Counted from the whole stretch's first letter, positions 26,741 through 41,383 are shown. The stretch is 63,690 nt of DNA, filler included, from Octopus bimaculoides (GCF_001194135.2; 4 parts of 4 records of this genome joined end to end with filler, not necessarily neighbours in it), one strand, 5' to 3'. Numbers and translations are program-made. Notes: generated by a model from the letters alone, not told the origin.

Positions 26741-27832
26741 AACAACAAACAAGATGAGGACAAATATCCGTCAAATGTAAATAACGTACATAATTCCTCA
26801 TCTCTTAAATATAGAACTGTAACACACGCACATGTGTGTGTGTGTGTGTATGTGTGTGTCTGTGTGCGTGCGTGCGCGCGCACCCGCTCTGTACAATATA
26901 TACTTTCTGAGAAAAAAGATTTGAAAATACTTTTCATCTGTAAACTAGCGTTTTAGTGAATCGTTCATTTTACACTCCAACCATCGTCACCTGGACAATT
27001 TATAATAAAGGGAATTATACAAAAATAGCGTTACTACCAAAATAACAGACATCAATGAATCTTTTTTTCCCCTTTTCCCAAGGCTCAAATAATAATTAAA
27101 AGCTTGTCTGTGGCTATCGATTTCTCCACACGGTTTCGTGTTTGACTGAAAATAAGAATTCTTCTCGGAAAAGAAAATCAATTCACCAAAAAAAGCATGT
27201 CTCGAAAAGTCAAAACTTAGCCCTGCTTATTCTAAACGTTATTTTAATTTTGTAACAAATCCCCATTTGCATAGAAATATAATAAGAATGGAGAAAATAT
27301 TCGAAAGCCTTTGTCTTCATAGTAAGCTGGTCATCAGCTTCATTTCACTTTCTGAGACACAGCAAACACATAACATATAAATGGTATACACATAATAAAA
27401 TGAGCAAAAGAGAAAAACCAGTCCTCAAGCACACACACACATATGCACACACACGCACACACGCACACACGCACATACACACACATACACACACACACAT
27501 GCACGCACACACGCACATACACACACATACACACACACACACACACATACACTCATGTTTCTCTCTCAATAGATCAAAATGTATACGTACATATGTATAT
27601 GTAACACTATATGTTTATACGTGTGTGTGTGTGTGTGTGTGCAAACGTTTGCGTGTGCGTGTGGGCGTGTGTCAGCAAACATGTATGTACATTTGCACAC
27701 TCAAGCACACACACACACACATATATATATTTACATGCATGCAGGTATATACAAGGATCTACGTATTTGTGTATGTGCACATACATACACACCTACATAT
27801 ACATATACCTAAATATATATATATATACATAC

Positions 27833-27868
<36 letters not shown>

Positions 27869-29809
27869 TACTACCTGTGTGTATATATCTAAATATTTGC
27901 ATGTATATGAGCACATACATGAGCAGACACACAAACACATACACACACATTCATTCACACACATGGAATGGTCATTGTAAATCCTTATAGGAAATCATTA
28001 TCTTGCTGCGTAAACTGGGAAGTTTTCTGTCTCCTTGGCCCTGTTCGTTTCACACACACAGAATGGCAGATATAGAAATTGGCACGCATAAATGCACACG
28101 CTTGCAAATGTCCACTCGAAATGTTTAGTTGCAAGATAAATGTACGTTAAATTACATAATATAAAAGAAACGGCCAAAAGAAATCATAGATGTATACATG
28201 AGCTCTGTTTTGGATGTCTTATGGAAATGTCGATTACAGACATTAGAAAGAACTCTTGTTGTGTTACGGAATCAGAAGGAGTTATAAGGATACTGTCTGT
28301 CAGGAGTAACAGGCATACGACAGAAACGCAAACATCGAAATAAATTAATGCCGTGCGGAATAATACAAGTCTAATGTTTCAGGCAGAACACGTGATTGCA
28401 TAGAGATTAAATGTCTCCTGGTTTTGAAGGAGAGACTGCCAGCGCTTTTACCTTGTCTCTCATTACTTTCGATCGGTGTCTTGTTTCTCTACCACCATTA
28501 AATAAAAGTGCCGGCTGGGCTGGCCGATGCTAGTTTTCAGTGTTTTAATTTGACATAACGCTTCTGTGGACCCCCTCCATAACAGGACGTCACTATTTCA
28601 AAACTTCTACTCACAGGAAAAATTTAGATGAATATCAAACAAGCCGAGAATTAACAAACCATTCGTTTATTAAAACAGGTTCTTTGGCATTTCTTTATCC
28701 TGCAACAAAAGTTAACATTCTATTTCACATTCCGTCGAAAGGCTCTGCTCGAAACGATGGATATCTCTTCTTCCACACAGATCATCATTAGTTTTCTCTG
28801 ATTCTACGGTTGCGCTTTTTTTTCCGAAAGAAACTAACGAAGATCACGCGAAAACGTCGAATTTCATATTGTAAACACAATCAGAATGCCACAACTGACC
28901 ACGCCGTTAGAGTGTGTGACCGCGATGAGCGTTCGCCTTTATCACGTCACAATCATTGCAATGTGTCCAAAACTAACACTCAAACGATAAAATACGTCCA
29001 ATTATGAATAGGTGTCATCCGGTAGTAGTAACAGCGATCTAAAATTCGTTTCAATTTTTGGCACAAGGCCAGCAATTTGGGGGAGGGTTAAATCGATTAC
29101 ACGGAACCCAATGCTCGACAGATACTTATTCTATCGTTCCCGAAAGGATAAAAAGTAAAGTCGACATCGCTGGTATTTGAACTCAGAACCTAAAGTTGGG
29201 CGAAATGCCGCCAAGCATTTTGCCCGGCGTGCTAACGATTCTGCCAGCTCACCGCCTACAGAAATCTAAAATTGATGGCTATTTTGTAAATGTACATGTC
29301 TTTATTTTCTATCATCAGCGTAAGATGAAGTAAGTCGTAACTCCATTTTGATTTATTCTAAATGTACTTTATGACAAGAAAATATGCAGGTGATGCCTCA
29401 TTAGTCGTATATGTTACTATAATAGGATAAACATTATGAAAATAATTTTATTCTGTCAAACTAGGCAGCTACTTCATAAACAAACATCTGACAAAGTGAC
29501 AACATTTCAAAAACTCGAAACACAACTGATTATCCTGAATAAAACAGTAAACAATAATTAGCCAAACAGCCAGCCTTTAACTATTTTCTTTTATTTCTTT
29601 TACTTGTTTCGGTCATTTGACTGCGGCCATGCTGGAGCACTACCTTTAGTCAAAAAATCAACCCCAAGATGTATTCTTTGTAAGCCTGGTACTTATTCTA
29701 TCGGTCTCTTTTGCCGAACCGCTAAGTTACGGGACATAAACACACCAACATTGTCAAGCGATAGGTGGGGACAAACACTGACCCACAAACATATATATAT
29801 ATATATATA

Positions 29810-29909
29810 NNNNNNNNNNNNNNNNNNNNNNNNNNNNNNNNNNNNNNNNNNNNTTAATTAATTAANNNNNNNNNNNNNNNNNNNNNNNNNNNNNNNNNNN
29901 NNNNNNNNN
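29810..29909. other. Assembly spacer: 44 N + TTAATTAATTAA + 44 N (also 50798-50897 and 59392-59491)
   Basis: Three identical 100-bp blocks with a six-frame stop linker; not biological sequence. Confidence 0.95.
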
Positions 29910-30237
29910 GGCACAATATGGACAGATTTCGGAATACCGATGAACTTTTATGTAAATGTATCAACTTAAAGGATAAACATATTACAATGGATAATACCAA
30001 GTAGACTCCCCCTTTTTCTCTCTCGTGTTTCTCTCTCTTTTGCTTTTTTCTTGGTGACTTCTTCTTTGTGATATAATGCTTGGGAAAGAATATATTTGCG
30101 GCTGAAGATAGCTTTATACCATCCTGTCTATCGATTATATACCCATATACTGATGCAACGACTGTTTGTGTATAAAGCTTGAAACACGTGTACCGCGGAA
30201 TCCTTTGTGTTCTGTTTTAATTTTACGTTTTATATAT

Positions 30238-30279
<42 letters not shown>

Positions 30280-31972
30280 ACATGCTATCTAAATATGAGC
30301 TACTTTGGAAACACAATTCGTCTGATTTCGATATCATGCCTTCAATCTCCAAGAAATCCTTCATACATGCATAAATACACACATACATACCTACATACTA
30401 TACGTGTCTGTCCGTTTATATACATACATACATACATACATACATATCTATACACACACATACACGTGTGCGTATATATAAGCTAAAACAAAATCCAAGG
30501 AGACCCGGGAAAAGTGTGTAGCCTTCTCCCCACCTCACCCAGATTTTCTTCCCTGCTACTTCCTGTCTACCTGTGCAAGTTCATGTTGTTTTGAGGTCCC
30601 ATTCAGTTGGTGCCAGTTTCTCAAATGTAGAGAAATATATAAAACAGCATGTAGAGATGCCAAGGAATCATAATACTATATCACGTGATCACATGACCAA
30701 CTATCAGATGTTACACATCGCTGGTCACAATACGCTTTGCATCTGGGTTGACTGCGCTAAACATCAACAACAAAAATATAGCAGCAACAACACAGCATGC
30801 TAAAGGCAAATGCGTAAATCTCTGTTTAGTTGCATGACCTACAAAAAATAACAGCCAATTCTCTCACAAATCAGATCCAACTGTTAAAAATGATAAGGTC
30901 ATATTGGCTGATGCAGTTTGACTTAGCTAGTCTGAGTTGAATATAGTTATGCTTGAAAAAACGAGATTGTCACGGTTAAAATGCTTTAAAAATACATCTG
31001 CTTGATCTGGACAAGCCTGGGGCTATAAAAATCATGCAATTCAAACTAAAATTTCATGCTAAAAAAAAATACAACTTCCTTTGTTGTAGCGAAGATCAAA
31101 AACCAATCGGACATGGAAGTCATTGAACAGTTAATGGTTTGAAATGTTTTGCTGACGTCGATACGTCGATGACATTTAGAACGGTTCATTTAAGTCGTCA
31201 TGTGATCTTTATGCAAGAGGTGCGGTGCGGTATTTGAGTTGTCAAAATACTCGTTGTATAAGGACAATGAGTGTATTGAAGTGTTTATGAGAGGTGTGGA
31301 TGTAAAGTGTATTATGAGAGGTGTGGATGTAAAGTGTAGAATCCAAAATTTATGGTAGACAAAGGCTTGTGTGTGTTACTGTACAGATAAATCGTGTGGT
31401 TGTCGAGTGTGGTTCTCTGAATACTTTTCATAAAAGGTAATACTTATCCTCACTTAAACGTGGATGATCCGTTTGAGCAAACTATAATCTGGCAGCTACG
31501 ATGAGAGAAACTCATGTGGTTTGGTGGGGGGAGTGCACGCTTGTTTATATCGCTCGCATGGAGATATATCCCCGCCACCTCCAGCTCCCAACTAGGGATA
31601 TAAACAAGAGCGCATTTTGCACCAAAATCCTATGGGAGGAGAATTTCTCTCATTGTTTCTACAGCAGTAAAGTTTATTCGAACTTTAAGTGGGGATAAAT
31701 ATTACCTCTCGGTATTGATACTACTTCCGTCGCAATTAAATATCTTATTGCTAAGAATGGTGTATTGTTGTCAGTGAATGTCACGATGGTTCGGTGTAGC
31801 TCTCTGAATACTTATTAAATAAAGACGATTGTATGTTGTTGGTATTGTGCGTGTGACTTTAATAAGTTAGTGAAAGGATGCGAAACGGTGCATGTTATTC
31901 AGTTCGTCAAACGGCTGATTATGGTCTTAGCAATGTTATATGTAGCATTATGAACACTTATGTACATCTCCC

Positions 31973-32005
<33 letters not shown>

Positions 32006-32214
32006 TAGCTACCTCTCTCTCTTTCCTCTTCTCTTCGCTTTTCTCTCTCCTCTTCTCTTCTCCCTCTCTCTCCTCTTCTCTCTTTCTCTCTGTCTATCTA
32101 TCAATCTACCTATTTAGTGCATTATCATCCTGAAAGACTGTGTTTCCCTCCGGAAACAGTTCCGCAACCATAGGATGAATTTTATCAGATAAAATGCTCA
32201 AATAGTCTTCACTA

Positions 32215-32336
32215 TTAATTCTGCCATGAAAGTAAACCGTTGGGCCAGCATATTTCCAAGATATAGCCCCCAATCCAGATCATCACAGATCCTCCTCCAT
32301 GTTTAACAGTTGGAAGAAGGCAGTCTGGGTCAAATG
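32215..32336 (-). mobile_element. Tc1-family transposase fragment adjacent to a gap
   Basis: FDPDCLLPTVKHGGGSVMIW matches the Tc1 PTVKHGGGSVMVWG motif. Confidence 0.85.
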
Positions 32337-32999
32337 NNNNNNNNNNNNNNNNNNNNNNNNNNNNNNNNNNNNNNNNNNNNNNNNNNNNNNNNNNNNNNNN
32401 NNNNNNNNNNNNNNNNNNNNNNNNNNNNNNNNNNNNNNNNNNNNNNNNNNNNNNNNNNNNNNNNNNNNNNNNNNNNNNNNNNNNNNNNNNNNNNNNNNNN
32501 NNNNNNNNNNNNNNNNNNNNNNNNNNNNNNNNNNNNNNNNNNNNNNNNNNNNNNNNNNNNNNNNNNNNNNNNNNNNNNNNNNNNNNNNNNNNNNNNNNNN
32601 NNNNNNNNNNNNNNNNNNNNNNNNNNNNNNNNNNNNNNNNNNNNNNNNNNNNNNNNNNNNNNNNNNNNNNNNNNNNNNNNNNNNNNNNNNNNNNNNNNNN
32701 NNNNNNNNNNNNNNNNNNNNNNNNNNNNNNNNNNNNNNNNNNNNNNNNNNNNNNNNNNNNNNNNNNNNNNNNNNNNNNNNNNNNNNNNNNNNNNNNNNNN
32801 NNNNNNNNNNNNNNNNNNNNNNNNNNNNNNNNNNNNNNNNNNNNNNNNNNNNNNNNNNNNNNNNNNNNNNNNNNNNNNNNNNNNNNNNNNNNNNNNNNNN
32901 NNNNNNNNNNNNNNNNNNNNNNNNNNNNNNNNNNNNNNNNNNNNNNNNNNNNNNNNNNNNNNNNNNNNNNNNNNNNNNNNNNNNNNNNNNNNNNNNNNN

Positions 33000-33038
<39 letters not shown>

Positions 33039-34269
33039 TTGCGTGTATACATGTATGTGCATACAAGGGTTACGGATGTATATGATACATATTCTTTTGG
33101 GTTTTCATAGTTGTTGTTGATGCTACTACAACTGGTGAAATCGTTATTACTGTTGTTCGTGTTCTTGTTTACCGCAATTTTATTCATTTGTTGTTGTTGC
33201 TGCTAGTGCTGCTGCTGTTGCTGCTGTTGTTGTTACGGTCATTGTCATTGATGGTGGTGTTATTGTTGATGTTACTATAGTATTTTCCTCTGATTTTCGA
33301 TGGTGATGCTTATCCGTCATCACCATATTGGCCACCACCGTAGCAACTACCTCCAACACAACTACTTCTATCACAACCACCTCCACCACTACTACACTTA
33401 CTACCATCACCACCACTACCGCAACTACCACCACAACCAACGCAGCCAGCACCACCGGTAGCACAACCTCCAGTCAACTACTATTCACAATACTCGTTCG
33501 TATAAATGAATCTCTGCCGAGATTTTTATTTGATTATTTATTTAATTATTTAATTATTTATCTGTTTATTCATTTATTTGCAATAACTCTTCTTATAGAA
33601 AATTAATGCCTTGTTTCAGGGCAGCTGTTGACTAGATGTGTGTGTGAGTGCGTTTGTGAGTGAGTTTTGTGTTTATGTGCGAGGCGTACACTATCGATAT
33701 TTTTCATTTTATCTTCGAAACTTAGCGGCTTCTTTATCTCTTTCTATGTAACAAGATATCCAAAGTTTCTAGAATATATACTTCGATATTATACGTAGAT
33801 GACCATTGATCCACGAGGAGAGATAGACATCTTATCGCTGCGTTAATATCATTTTACATATTACGACATACAAACGCATGCGTAAAATTTATACACATTT
33901 ATGTATGTGGAATATGGCAGATTTATATAATCAATTACTAACTTGCAAAATATCAGAAGTGCTTCTATGTGGTTGTTCCATGTACAATGAATTGTAGCCA
34001 AAACTCCCTCAGATCACACTCACACTGTCTTGAAAAACAAGAAGCGGACAGATACAATGAACAATGTAGTCACTAATATAAAACAGACGTGATAGTCATG
34101 GTAGGTCAAATTTTGATCAAAGATTTGCTGCTGTTGCTTTATCAGGTTTGACCTGAAGTTAAACAACATCGGAGTAACAACAGAAAATTTATTCAAGAAT
34201 ACATCCGATGCAAGTCATAGCTCCGTTGCCATATGATGGCACAAACAGAGGAATCAGAACATTAAAACT

Positions 34270-35152
34270 GCTCCTACAAGTACTCGTAGAAACAAATGCA
34301 TCAGAGCTAATGGGTAATTTGGCCTTAGCAGAATTTGAACTCGGAATGTAAAGAGCCAGAAGAAATATTTCAAAGCATTTTTCCAACGCTTTAACAATTC
34401 TGCCAAATTGCTGCCTGAATAATAATCTTTTCTACTCTAGGCACAAGGCCCTAGATTTTTGGGGAGAATGAAAGGCAAAGTCGACTTCGGCGGAATTTGA
34501 ACTCAGAACGTAAAGACAGACGAAATACTGCTAAGCCTTTCGCCCGGCGTGCTAACGTTTCTGCCAGCTCACCGCCTTATATCAGTAATGTTACGATAAA
34601 TAAAAGAAGGGCAGTGAGCTGGCAGAACCGTTAGTGTGAGAAGAATGCCTTGTGGTATTTCGTTCCGATTCTTTTCTTTCTGGGTTCAAATTCTGCGGAG
34701 GTTAGCTTTGGCTTTCATCCCTGAGGTGAGGTCGATAAAATAAAGTAGGAGTCCAGTACTGGGATTGATAGCAACGACTAAATTCCTCCCCTCAAAACTG
34801 CAAGCCTTCTGCCTAAATTAGAAACTATTCTTATTAAGGCAACGAGCGGGCGAAATGCTTAGCGGTATTTCGTCTGCCGTTACGTTCCGAGTTCAAATTC
34901 CGCCAAGGTCGACTTTGCCTTTCATCTTATCTGGGTCGATAAATTAAGCACCAGTTGAGTACTGCGGTCGATGTAATCGACAACCCTAACCCTCCCCCAA
35001 ATTTCAGGCCTTGTGCTTAGAGTAGAAAGGATTATTATTAAGGCAACGAGCTGGCAGAATCGTTAGCACGCCGGGCAAAATGCTTAACGGCATTTCGTCT
35101 GTCTTTACGTTCTGGGTTCGAATTCCATCAAGCTCTTTCGTCTTTTCGGATA
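34270..35152. mobile_element. Cluster of five SINE B copies (two minus, three plus)
   Basis: ~34270-34415(-), 34425-34577(-, internal deletion), 34608-34830(+), 34838-35037(+), 35040-35152(+). Confidence 0.85.
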
Positions 35153-35791
35153 ANNNNNNNNNNNNNNNNNNNNNNNNNNNNNNNNNNNNNNNNNNNNNNN
35201 NNNNNNNNNNNNNNNNNNNNNNNNNNNNNNNNNNNNNNNNNNNNNNNNNNNNNNNNNNNNNNNNNNNNNNNNNNNNNNNNNNNNNNNNNNNNNNNNNNNN
35301 NNNNNNNNNNNNNNNNNNNNNNNNNNNNNNNNNNNNNNNNNNNNNNNNNNNNNNNNNNNNNNNNNNNNNNNNNNNNNNNNNNNNNNNNNNNNNNNNNNNN
35401 NNNNNNNNNNNNNNNNNNNNNNNNNNNNNNNNNNNNNNNNNNNNNNNNNNNNNNNNNNNNNNNNNNNNNNNNNNNNNNNNNNNNNNNNNNNNNNNNNNNN
35501 NNNNNNNNNNNNNNNNNNNNNNNNNNNNNNNNNNNNNNNNNNNNNNNNNNNNNNNNNNNNNNNNNNNNNNNNNNNNNNNNNNNNNNNNNNNNNNNNNNNN
35601 NNNNNNNNNNNNNNNNNNNNNNNNNNNNNNNNNNNNNNNNNNNNNNNNNNNNNNNNNNNNNNNNNNNNNNNNNNNNNNNNNNNNNNNNNNNNNNNNNNNN
35701 NNNNNNNNNNNNNNNNNNNNNNNNNNNNNNNNNNNNNNNNNNNNNNNNNNNNNNNNNNNNNNNNNNNNNNNNNNNNNNNNNNNNNNNNNNN

Positions 35792-35842
<51 letters not shown>

Positions 35843-36129
35843 AAGAGAGAAATATATAGATATATATATACATAACTGACTCCAAGCATTGAGTTCTTCC
35901 TTGAAAAAGTTGTGTAACGATTAGACAAAGTTTTATCTGATAAACTAGATGAAGCCACATCATTGTAAGAAACGCAAAGAAGGTTAGCGCTGTCGAACTC
36001 ACTATTCCATCATGAACGATTCCGGAGACAGAGCCGGTAAATGAGTCTAAAATAAGCAAGCATTTATGCTAATGGTAGTGCTCCAGTGTGGCCACAGCCT
36101 CTGGCTATGATCATTAGTCGAATAATAGA

Positions 36130-38150
36130 ATAAACTTTTAAATACAAGATACGTATTCTGCAAGCAGAGGAATGTTTGCATGGAGAACAGTAAGAAATGC
36201 TGCAACAAATTTCAATAAGAAACGCAGCAACAAATTCCAGTAAAATTGATGACGTAGATTTATAAATTCAAAATGAGACAAAGTTACGTTTATCTGTAAT
36301 TGAGTGGCGAGGTAAAACTCCAAATTCAGCAAGAGGAAATCAAATTATGAGAGCATAAATAATCCAAAACTTTATCATTGACTAAACGCTCCAACAGTTT
36401 AACAACGCATGAATTGAGAGCGGTCTAAAGCTGTCAGAATCAAATTTACTACCTTTAATTTTGTCGATTGGTGCAACAGCGACAGACTTTCAGTCTGTAG
36501 AAGTCATACCTTTATTAATTGATTGATGGAAGAGTTTAAAAAAAGGTGTGGAGAAAGAGAGAACTACAGCAACCACGTAGAACAGAGTTTTGAATTTAGT
36601 CTGACCCAGTGGATTTAATGCAATCTAGCGAGAGTAATAAAGTTACCTCAGCATTCTGAAGTTTGTAAGTCCTGAAAATGATACAGATTTGTTGCCAGCC
36701 TTGAAAGTAAAATAATCATTAAATAGATTATTCTTGGTGTGTGGAATTGTGGTGATAATATTATAAGATAACTGCAGAATCTTAACAATAAGTTTCTCAC
36801 CAACGTAAAGATATTTGGATAAGTTGCTCCAATTTTTAGAAATTATTTTATTCTGTCAAATCCGTTGTGCTGGCAATAAAAAAGATGAGTGGATTTATCA
36901 AGTTTAATCTAATCACGCAGCTATTTGCTCGTTTTGGCAAAGGCAGAATAGAAACTATCCAATTTATCAGAAATATATACTGTCTCTCACTTCTCCCCCC
37001 TTTGTCAGCTTTCAGTTTGGTAAAAAAATTATTTATAATTTCAAACTGATTTCACTTATTGACTAGGAATGACATCTGGGCATATCAAAATAAATTGTTT
37101 TGAACTTACTCCAATTTGAAATGCGCATTTTCAACAGAACCAAATATATTCTATTCAATAAAGAAGAGAGAACCCTTTATAGCAATCCAATCATTGACTT
37201 TTAGGAATTTTGTGTCGGAAGACAAGTCAGTAATTGAACTGTGTTGTGTAGATAAGCTAAAAATAATTACAGTATGATCAGAGGTACCGACTGGAGGATC
37301 AACAAACTCCAGCAAAATATAGTCAGCTGTGTTAGTGATAACAAAATCGAGCGATGAACTTGCCTTGCTACATGACTCTGTTGGTAGAGTTGTAATTTGT
37401 GTTAGATCGTTATCATTTAGAGATTCGTTTATTTGAATCCCAGCTGAATTGGCGATGTTACAAAATAACCACGAGGGAAAACAAGCATTAAAATGATCTA
37501 ACAGCATCAGGGTTCGATTCAAAAGTATATGAAAGGAAATTTTCATACTATATCTAACTTAGAATTTGAAAGCTAATAATGAGAACACTATGTAAAGTTT
37601 GAAGTTATTGTAGTCAGGAAGGAAGCAACTAATTTCAAGAACAAAATTACGTTTAACGTTGAGACAGAGTTTAGTAAACGATCGAATCTCTACATGATTA
37701 CTACGGTCTTTGCAAAATATAGAAAATCAAATCCAGTCATTGAAACGGCAGAGACCAGTATAGAATAAGTAGGCAGTGTTTGATACAGAAAGATAACTTG
37801 AAAGATAGATTACGTCAGAATACATAATTGAAACTCATCAAAATGGTTAATTGGTTGGCGCTAATTAAATCAATGTTGGTTACTGAATTAACCTGAATTT
37901 CAGTAATTGAGATTTTTCTAATAAGACACCCCGTGAAGTTTGCCCGGTAAGCGCAATTGCTGATATGACATTTTGTTCTTTTGATAAGTTCCATGTGGTA
38001 GGTGGTTTTCGGAGCAGAGCGGTAAACTAACGCCATGGTTGTAGCGCGGACAATGATAACATTGGCCAGCGGGGGTGGTCACCTCGGACTTTGCATGATA
38101 ATACATTTAATACGATATGTACCAAATGTAAACGGAGTCTGGGAATCTTT
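36130..38150 (-). mobile_element. Decayed LINE ORF2 (APE endonuclease plus start of RT; CR1/L2/Jockey-like)
   Basis: Minus-strand fragments in order: LNVLSCKVRG, LVYRSAP, LLDHFNA, LTQITTLPT...SSLDFVIT...PPVGTSDH (APE motifs), then AVAPIDKIKGSKFDSDSFRPLSI/CVVKLLERLVNDKVLDYL (RT start); many stops and frameshifts. Confidence 0.82.
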
Positions 38151-38841
38151 TAATTCGAGTTAAAACATTCTGGATCCGGGAAGTGAATCCAAAGAAAGCA
38201 AGCATTTCTCCGATTTCAGTCTCTTGAGGATCTACATTTGTTAGTCTTCTATGGGAAGTTATGCATTGATTTTCTAGAAATCACATGACTGTGATTTCTA
38301 GCAGGTCCATCCGGTATCAGTTCCCTGTCTGGCTTATATTTAGACTGTTAACCTCCTGATGGTGTGCTGTATGAAGCATACGAACTTCTTCAATACACAC
38401 CTGAAAATTAATAATTGAACATTAAGTAGTTCAATCAAACAATTAAACAACAGCTGTTATATAACCACTGAATTTTGTTAAAATTATGACAAAATATTCT
38501 TGGTGTTTTTATGCGACACATATGGAGCAACACTTTAGCTCTCTTGTACCAATCAACATAAGCGACATAAAGAGGGCTTCGTGCATTTGTATTTGTGTAT
38601 GTATGTGTGAATGTGTGCGTAACACAGAGAGCGAGAAGAGAGAAGAGAGAGAGAGAGAAGAGAGAGAGAGAGAAGAGAGAGAGAGAGAAGAGAGAAGNNN
38701 NNNNNNNNNNNNNNNNNNNNNNNNNNNNNNNNNNNNNNNNNNNNNNNNNNNNNNNNNNNNNNNNNNNNNNNNNNNNNNNNNNNNNNNNNNNNNNNNNNNN
38801 NNNNNNNNNNNNNNNNNNNNNNNNNNNNNNNNNNNNNNNAG

Positions 38842-38873
<32 letters not shown>

Positions 38874-39267
38874 AGAGAGAGAGAGGGAGCGTGTGTGTGC
38901 GTGTGTATGTGCGTGTGGGAGTTGTATGTGTGTGAGATGTGCAAGTGTGCGCGTGGGTGGGGGTAAATTACATTAGATAGACTGTCGTTCAATACTTCAC
39001 ATAGCGACGACAAACAGGTGTGTTTATAGAGTCTGTGTATGTGTGGATGTGTGTGTATGCGTGGGATTGCTTACATCTGTAAATGCGTTTTGTATGTGTG
39101 TGTGTGTGTGTGTTGTGTGTGTGTGTTCGTGTGTGCTTGTGTACGTGCGGGTGTCTATTCATTTCTATGAATGACTACCTCTGTGTGCGTGGGAGTTTAC
39201 ATACGTGTGTGCGCGTGTGCGTTCGCGCGCCACCATCTGTGCAAACAATACAGATGTGCATTAGCAC

Positions 39268-40360
39268 CAGCGGTGGCTCGTAGATAAACTTAGTGGGGGT
39301 ACTGCTTCAGAAAATGTTTAGCCGTTGTTTTAATATTGTGCAAAAGGAAACGAACATATAAAAAAAAATATACATATAGGCGTAGGAGTGGCTGTGTGGT
39401 AAGTAGCTTGATTACTAACCACATGGTTCCAGGTTCAGTCCAACTGCGTGGCACCTTGAGCAAGTATCTTCTACTATAGCCTCGGGCCGACCAAAGCTTT
39501 GTGAGTGGATTTGGTAGACAGAAACTGAAAGAAGCCCATATGCGTGTGTTTGTGTGTCTGTGTTTGTTCCACCCCCCAGCATCGCTTGACAACTGATGCT
39601 GGTGTGTTTACGTCCCCGTAACTTAGCGGTTCGGCAAAAGTGACCGATAGAATAAGTACTAGGCTTACAAAGAATAAGTCCTGGGGTTGATTTGCTCGAC
39701 TAAAGGCGGTGCTCCAGCATGGCCGCAGTCAAATGACTGAAACATGTAAAAGAGTAAAAAAAAAGTATAAACTTGATCGGTTCGCGTTTTAGCTACTGCC
39801 GGGTAGTGCGTTTAATTTGTTCAATGAGCACCACCGCGAATTACCCCTTGTTTTTCAAAATCCCCCTAAATCACGAAATAAAGGGAAAACTGCCCTATTT
39901 TTCAAAACTTGGCAATCACACTGTAGCTGGAAGCAGGATAATAATCTAATCCTACAGTTTATCACATTCAAGAATATAAACACGTTTTTAAGCACAACAC
40001 ACGCGGAGTCAAAAAGAAACATTAACTTTCACTAGCACACCAGAGTCGGCACTGCGTGAACCACGGTGCTCTCTCTCTTTAGCGTGCAGCTTCTTATCTC
40101 AGACATATGAGCATGCGCACAACAGGAAAACACTGCGTCGCTGGAACTGTGAAGCGCACAGTTCTATATATGGATTTTTGTATTTTTTTTTCATAAAGTA
40201 GGGGATAGTTACTGACATTAAGATTAAGGCTTATATAATGTACAAGTATAAAGAAAGAATTAAAGAAAAAAGGGCTCGTTATATTGAATGTTATCGATAA
40301 TATTGAGTGGAAATGGGGGGGTGCTGCAGTTCCGCAGTGCCTATACACGAGCCGCCACTG
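39268..40360. mobile_element. Non-autonomous hAT-like DNA transposon containing a nested SINE
   Basis: TIRs CAGCGGTGGCTCGT (39268-39281) and ACGAGCCGCCACTG (40347-40360), 12/14 identical; 8-bp TSD ATTAGCAC (39260-39267) / ATTAGCAT (40361-40368); no transposase ORF. Confidence 0.78.
39379..39757 (+). mobile_element. SINE family A, full-length, nested in the hAT element
   Basis: High identity to 21568-22020; inserted at an A-rich site. Confidence 0.9.
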
Positions 40361-40996
40361 ATTAGCATTCACGCATGTGCTCGTGTGTGCACGTTTGCCT
40401 GTGTATTTATATATGAGTATGTGTATACGTGTGCGAGTGTGCGCACACCAGTCTCTGTGTATCTATGTATGCGTGGATGTGTGCAAGTTACATACATTCT
40501 GTATATCTGCATATGTGTTTGTATGCGTGTGCACTGACATCCGTATCAAAGTCTGTATGTATATTGTTGCTGTGGTTGTTGTTGTTGTTGTTGTTAAGCT
40601 CAAAGATCACCATGATCAGGTAGTTCTACGGTCACAGACATTACTTCCATGACCATCCTATCTGCTTTGAACAATAGTGTATCCAGGACTACAGTATCTT
40701 CACAGACGCAGCGATTTTCATGTAAGGGATTATTTGAGGGAAATTTCCCTGCTATTTCTAGCAAGCTGAGTGATCATGTAGATGCATCTTCGTTGCCACA
40801 GGAATAGGTTGCGTGTGTGTGTGTGTGTATTTATATGTGTATGCATCTATGTGCATGCGTGTGTTCGTGAGTGCTGCTTATGGTGTTAACCATGTCATTA
40901 CTCGTAAAGTAATTTTGCGATCTGTTCATCGATAATCGATAACATACATGCGTAATCGCGTAAATATGGATCTGTTGTTGTTGTTGTTGTTACTGC

Positions 40997-41030
<34 letters not shown>

Positions 41031-41333
41031 ATTGCTGTTGATATCGTTGTTGATACTGACATTGTTCTTTAGTCCTTGGTCAACCCTACACTGAGCAGAA
41101 CAATGATGAAAGGCGTTCCTATCATGACCGTCCCGTCTGTTTTTTTTTTTTTGTATTGCATGTTTAAAGCTACAATAGTAAAACACCAACCCACTCCTTT
41201 TAAAAAACGATATAGTGTTGTTTTAGTAGATTTGGCTGCTATTTCTCATAGGTCACGATTAGAGTTAGGGCTAGCCAATGACCTAGAAACTATTTCGTGC
41301 ACACCTTTTGTTATTTACTACCATGACTACGAC

Positions 41334-41371
<38 letters not shown>

Positions 41372-41383
41372 GAGTATCCAGGT

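Noticed and set aside
29854-29865. TTAATTAATTAA palindrome occurring three times (also 50842-50853, 59436-59447)
   Set aside because: Always centred in exactly 44 N + 12 + 44 N; an artificial six-frame stop scaffold linker
33328-33606. Thr-rich mucin-like ORF
   Set aside because: Degenerate (ACC/ACT/ACA)n simple repeat with no flanking coding evidence
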